A stretch of DNA of 64,000 nt from Chrysomallon squamiferum (Eukaryota > Animalia > Mollusca). This document shows positions 55,726 through 64,000 of the stretch, in pieces. The notes below the pieces were generated by a model. That model ran no database searches. It was given only the letters and a program-made list of their open reading frames with translations, and was not told where the DNA came from. Numbering within the stretch: the stretch's first letter is position 1; the number at the start of each line of letters is the position of its first letter. The DNA is taken from assembly GCA_012295275.1 (NCBI GenBank), contig CM022672.1:33480001-33544000 (forward strand). The letters are read 5' to 3'. Made by a program: the position numbers and the translations under genes.

Positions 55726-57495
55726 ATGCTGGTTTTCGCTGTCCTAACTTTGTCTGCGTTTCTTTGTACCTCAGACTCTTACTGTCTGAGTAGGGAGCTA
55801 AAGTACAACAGCACAGGTATGTTCATCATTTCTGTCGTTTGGCATTCAAACCGAGATAACTGGATGTGTTTATTAGAAACATATGTTATTATTAATATAG
55901 CTTACCTTCTTCGTTTTCGTCAATTAATTAATATTTATATATATTCCAAGGTAGCTTTTTCTTTTCTTTGTAAAGTAAATATGTAGTTAAAACTAAGGAA
56001 TTTTATGAATGTGACATTAAAACCTGACTGACAGGTAGAAAGAGGACACCGAGAAGAATGATGAAGGATTAAATAATGAGATCTCACGTGTTTTTTGTGT
56101 TTTTATTAAAAAAAATTTCATTGTTTCTTTTTCTTTCTTTTTTTTTTTCTTTCGTTATTTTACTGAGCTTTAAAAACAGGACCAAACTTTTATTACAACA
56201 TGACAGAAAAAGGGGTCTTTATTTAATTTGTTTCATGTTACCTCTTTTCAAAATGGCAGAAACCAGAAGGTTGAACATTTACTACAAAGTGCTGTTTGTA
56301 TACGTTTACTGATGCTAAAACGGTGAATCTATATTTGTTTATTAGACGTAAAAATTATCGGCTCGATTTACTCACAGTTTAGGCAAACACACACACACAA
56401 ACACACACACATACAGACATACTTACATATATATATATATACACATACATATATATATGTATATATATGTATATATCTGTGTGTGTGTTATTTTGAGGCA
56501 GAGGTGATATGTGTATATATATATATATATGTATAGATATATCACACAGACAGTCAAACTCACACATACACACACACAAACACACACAAATGCTGTCACT
56601 TGTATCTAGGACGCGATAAGAAAGAAAAAAGATTAAATTTGTTCTTAGCGAGCAAAGATTAACATAGTTTCAGTCACATTATCATAATATGAGAGTATAG
56701 TTAAATTGGATATTTACTAAACTATTGCTGTTGTTGTAGGTGACGGACATATTAAACCGTACTGCCAGTTTGACGGTGTTGTTTGTGTGTGTTTGCCTAA
56801 ATTGTGAATATATATATATATGTATGTATATATGTATATATATCCCTCAGCATCACACACGTACAACACACGGAAAGTCAAACACGCACACACACATAAA
56901 CAAATGCTGTTGGTTATATCTAGGACGCGATAAGAAAGAAAAAAGATTAAATATGTGCTTTGGGAGCAAAGATTAACATAGTTTCAGTCACATATGAGAG
57001 AGCAGTTAAACTGGATTTACTAAACTATTGCTGTTGTTGTAGATGACGGAAATATTAAACCGTACTGCCAGTTTGACGGTGTTGTGATGTCACCTGGAGA
57101 GTCTGTTAAATTCGAGAATAAATGTTTACAGTGTCACTGTTCAGATAAGGAACTTTCATGTTGCGGGTATGTACTGTCCTGCATAGGTCACACAAATAAA
57201 ATCATTTTAAATGTCTAAAGACAATCTAAAGCTAACGATGATCAAAACAACGAAGATTATGATGATTACGATGATGATGTCATGATGATGATTCTTATCA
57301 TGATTATTATTATTATTATTATTATTGTTATCATTGTTGCTATTATTATTATTATTGTTATTATTATTATTATTATTATGATTATTATTATTATTATTCA
57401 TTTATTTATTTATTTATTTACTATTTTTTACAGTTTTACTAGGCAGGTTCTTTTGCATTAGTTACAGCATATTGCTTTTAAAAGGAATTTATATC

Positions 57496-57553
<58 letters not shown>

Positions 57554-58502
57554 TGATGGCACTGATGATACCTGTTGTTATGATGATGATGACGACAACA
57601 ATGATGATGAGGATGATAATAATAATGATAATGACTTTATTGATGATGATAATTTAAAAAACCCACAAACCCCTGCAACAAAGCCTGGGTAAAATACAAG
57701 TTGACACCTGAGGATGTTGTCGCACACAGCGAGTAATGACATCCCATTGGTGTTTTCCTTGCGACATCTCTGTTAAGCAGGCAATGATTACACCACGTTG
57801 ACGTTGCTACACTAAAGAAGATGTCTACGATTCTGGCTGTATGGTCTTTAGCACTGTCATGCTGATAAATGATATCACGTGGCTGGGTCAGAAAAATCAA
57901 AGGAAGCAGAATGTCGATGTAACCGTTTTTCGTTAACCTTTCGTTAACGATGACCAGTGGTGTCCTCACGTGCCCAATGGACCACTCCCATCATAATGAC
58001 ACACCCTCCATCAAATGGCAACACCTTCTGGAAAAAGAAAAAACAACAAAAAAACCAGCCTCCATTCGTTATGGTCTTCATATAAAACGTGACCCCTAAA
58101 ACATTTTCTTACTTTTTATAAACCAGTTGAAAGTGAAGCCACTTTTCAATTTTCATAACTGCAAAACCCGTGTATGTGTCTGTGTCTGTGTGTGTGCGCG
58201 TACATATTACTAACACTACTGCCATCACCATTACTACTACTACTTCTGCTACTACTACTACTACTACTATTATCACCATCATCATCATTATTGTTATTAT
58301 TATGATTATTATTATTATTATTAGTGTTGTTGTTGTTGTTGTTTTTGTTGCTGTTGTTATTGTCGTTGTAAACAGATATGGTATCAGTGCGGGAGTAATT
58401 CAACCTCCAGACGGATGCATCGTCAAAGCAGACGGTTGCAAAGCTCTGCTGGTGAAGGCTGACGATACGTCACGTGACTGCTGGACGGGAGAGTTACTAT
58501 GA
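55726..58502 (+). CDS. Beta-microseminoprotein (PSP94/MSMB)-like secreted 10-Cys protein, subfamily A, copy A4 (intact, 113 aa)
   Basis: Exons 55726-55816, 57043-57166 and 58376-58502, GT..AG, 342 nt. Protein: MLVFAVLTLSAFLCTSDSYCLSRELKYNSTDDGNIKPYCQFDGVVMSPGESVKFENKCLQCHCSDKELSCCGYGISAGVIQPPDGCIVKADGCKALLVKADDTSRDCWTGELL*. Confidence 0.85.
56540..56782 (+). repeat. Tandem duplicate of the intron 1 3' end plus the first 43 nt of exon 2, inside copy A4
   Basis: ttgttgtag|gtgacggacatattaaaccgtactgccagtttgacggtgttgt at 56740 precedes the complete exon 2 at 57043. The upstream motif tatctaggacgcgataagaaag occurs at both about 56603 and 56916. Confidence 0.85.
57660..58090 (-). mobile_element. 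Tc1-like transposase fragment in intron 2 of copy A4
   Basis: ORF 57637-57969 has RTPLVIVNERLTKNGYIDIL..YQHDSAKDHTARIV, and upstream PFDGGCVIMMG, matching the Tc1 DDE core. No TIRs found. Confidence 0.7.
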
Positions 58503-59379
58503 AAGTGAAAGAACTTTTGCGTAACTGTAAAACGAAAGTAAAACTGAAATAAAATATTTTGCTGTCTGAATTTTTCTAACTCATGTAGTCATTTTGTTCA
58601 CGCTTATTAATATTCAGTCGGGACGTATGTTTGATCATAGAACAGTTTTTTTTATTTTTTTATTTTTTTATGTCAAGCCAGGATGATTTGACAATATCAT
58701 TCAGAGAGAACTATGTCAATGAAACTTTGAAAGTAACAGCCTTTTCATAATCATTTATGTATTGCCAGTGTGTTCCAACAAAAACATATATTTATAATAA
58801 TGCAAATTTCATGTTGTATATTCTAATATTTTGTGTTATAAAAGAAATGATTTGCTAGTTTACAGTTATACTGTTCCTGTATCTGGAATCTACTGTTAGT
58901 GTCTAACGCTTTGCTGTTTCTTATTTAGTGTTGATAAATGATGTTTAAGACACACATACATATATTGAGAAACTGCAGGTGACATCTCCTCACTCTTCTG
59001 CTAGGGTGATAAATCCATCGTAACTAGATGAGATAGAAACAGGAATGAAAGGTTGTTCTGTATAGTATGACGATGATAGTATTATACCATCATGAAATAG
59101 ATTATCGACAATTTAATTTTAGTTTTATTATTATTTTCTTGTTTTTTTTTTTTTTTTTTTCAATTTAATTTTTATTTCATTTCAGTTTATTTTATTTTAT
59201 TTATTTATTATTATAATTTCTTTTTGGTGACATAGTTTAAAATACTTAAAATCGATACAACATCTGCTGCACGGTGCTAACCCTTCTGTAGAAGTAAAAG
59301 TGTTTATAAGAACAACAAATTCACACATAAAAATTCAGTTAAATTTGCCAGTCATACGATCGAATGGGTCCCAGAAGAA

Positions 59380-61590
<2,211 letters not shown>

Positions 61591-62297
61591 GTATTTTATT
61601 TTTTTTTTTTTTAAATTAATATATTTTATATCATAAAAATCTCCTTCTTTTTATATCAACTCTGGTTCACTACCTGCTTAGCAAACATCTTTCTGTTACA
61701 GTTTATGGTAACTTAGGGTATCTTTTTCCAAGTTCACTAAGTTAGAAATGTCACATAGGTACAGAAGAATGTTTGTGTTTGCTCTTCTCAGTTTTGCTGA
61801 AGTTCTAGTAACCTTGGATGCAGGCTGTTTGATAATGAGAACTGATACCTTCAGAACAGGTCTGTGTGTTAAACAACGGTGAAACGACGACAACTATTTT
61901 AATGATATTCGATTTAGTTTATCGTGTGTATGTATGTATGTATGTATGTATTATGTATAAATCATCTATCGATCCATCCATCAATCCATCCATCCATCCA
62001 TCCATCCATCTATCTATCTATCTATCTATATATATATCAAAATATAAAATGAAATAAATGAAAAAAAAAATGAAATGAAGGAAAATAGTACAAACACACA
62101 CAAGCACAAAACAAATATCACCTCTCTTCGTAATCTATCTTTATATTCTGTTAGTTATCTGTGTCATTGTTCTTTCTCTTGTCTGTATTTCATACATTAT
62201 CCTTATATTCCTTATTGACATCCAGACACAATAAAATGATTAGATACATGAAAAGTCTCCCGAGCATAGATAATAATAATAATAATAATAATAATAA

Positions 62298-62356
<59 letters not shown>

Positions 62357-62780
62357 TCATTATTATTATTATAATAATAATAACAACAATAACAATCATA
62401 ATAATAACAACTGTGATAATGATCATGATGATGATGATGATGATAACAATAAATTAAACAATATGACTATTATGTTATGCTAGCGGGCGAATATGTTAAA
62501 AGAATAGAATAAATGTTTATACTGCTACTGCTGAGCCAACTTCCTTTCTTGTCGGTCTGTATTGGCTTCCATTAATGTTTCATCAAACCATTTGTGATAG
62601 ACAATATTAAGCTTTTCTTGTTGTTGTCGTTGTTGCTGCTGCATATGATGATGATGATAATGATGACGATGATGATTACAGTTTCAAAATTAACATAAAA
62701 GAAACAAATAATGAACGAAACAGGAGACAATTTTATTTTTTTAAATTTTTTTTTGAACAGACTATTCGGATTCATCTACG

Positions 62781-63079
62781 CTAATTAAAGTTGCATTTTT
62801 GAGTGATGTTGTTCTTATTCATTAACATCGGTTTGCAGTCGTCTCCTTATTTCACGATACATCCTTCAGGAACGAAAATTGCAACACCGGCAACACCATA
62901 CCTGTACATTTATAATATTTTAATGATTTCAAAAAATACATAAAATAATTACACACAGTAAGACCTACTATTATAATCAACTATATTAAACCCATAAGAA
63001 ACAAATTCATATATATATGTACGATTGTATTTTTGTACATAAATGTACATATGTGTATGAATTTATGTGCGTTTCTGTT

Positions 63080-63114
<35 letters not shown>

Positions 63115-63617
63115 GTATGTATATATTATATGTATGTATGTATTTATGTATGTATGCATCAATATATGTATGTGTATATATATATTGATACACACACAAA
63201 ACACAAACACACATAAATTCATACACATATGTACATTTAGATACATAAATACATACGTACATACAAAAATATGTATGTGTGTGTGAATATATACACATAC
63301 ATCTACACATACATATACATGCATGCACTCGTTCTACGTGGATAATGATAATAATAACAGAGCACATGGTATTAAAAGAAGTAGAAAAAGAAGAAGAAGA
63401 AGCAATGGAAGAAGCATAAGAAGAAAACGAATAAGAAAAAAAGAGTCAGAACAAAAAACAAACAAACAAAACAGAAGAGCAAGAAATAGTAATAACCCGC
63501 AACATGAGAGGCCAAAACCAGTGCATGTGCACTGTGTACACTTCTCTTCTACTTTATACGTGTCGCCAACGTCTGATTGTCTACCATCTTCATCTTTACA
63601 GTGTTTACCCACAGAAC
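62781..63617 (-). pseudogene. MSP-like subfamily B gene, exons 2-3 (exon 1 presumably beyond the window); premature stop in exon 3
   Basis: Exon 2 63617-63497 reads SVGKHCKDEDGRQSDVGDTYKVEEKCTQCTCTGFGLSCCG, a classic PSP94-like CxDxDG..G..CxxCxC..SCC. Exon 3 62901-62781 reads YGVAGVAIFVPEGCIVK*, with TAA at 62847-62849 where paralogs have AAG. Confidence 0.8.
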
Positions 63618-63896
63618 CTGTGTATAAAATAATATAAATATGCACTGTTTATTCCGCCATTATTAAAATGAACATGATCATACTGACGAAAATTATGTTG
63701 TTGATGATGACGTTTTATAGAGGTAGTAGGAGTGGTAGTAGTAATAATGATAATGATCATGATAATTATGATGTTGGTGATGAAGATAGCAGTAGTAGTA
63801 CTAATAGTAAGTAGATGAACATTGCAGTAGCTGTAGTAGTAGCAGTCATATAAAAAAGGAGACATAGTAGTACCAGCAGTAGTAGTAACTTGGGTG

Positions 63897-63933
<37 letters not shown>

Positions 63934-64000
63934 CATCGGCAGCAACAACAATAACAATTATTATTATAACATTAATCTATGTTTAGAAGTATTGGAAGTA

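Overview
AT-rich, microsatellite-dense, intron-containing animal genomic DNA. An invertebrate, most likely a mollusc, is my inference from the gene families and repeats. The centre holds one minus-strand sacsin-like gene: 7 coding exons over 20806-39911, about 4,330 codons, with three Hsp90-like SRR ATPase repeats, a J domain and HEPN, and no Ubl domain. Its giant exon has four single-base frameshifts, and a degenerate Tc1 (DD34E) element with intact TIRs sits in one intron. Both flanks (about 1-13.5 kb and 42-64 kb) are shuffled, largely inverted copies of each other. They carry a family of small three-exon, secreted, 10-cysteine beta-microseminoprotein (PSP94/MSMB)-like genes that the ORF track does not show as genes, because the exons are only 91-127 nt. 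I reconstructed these by hand: two intact genes, one in-frame chimera and several pseudogenes or orphan exons from three subfamilies. Almost all other ORFs in the track are microsatellite artefacts.
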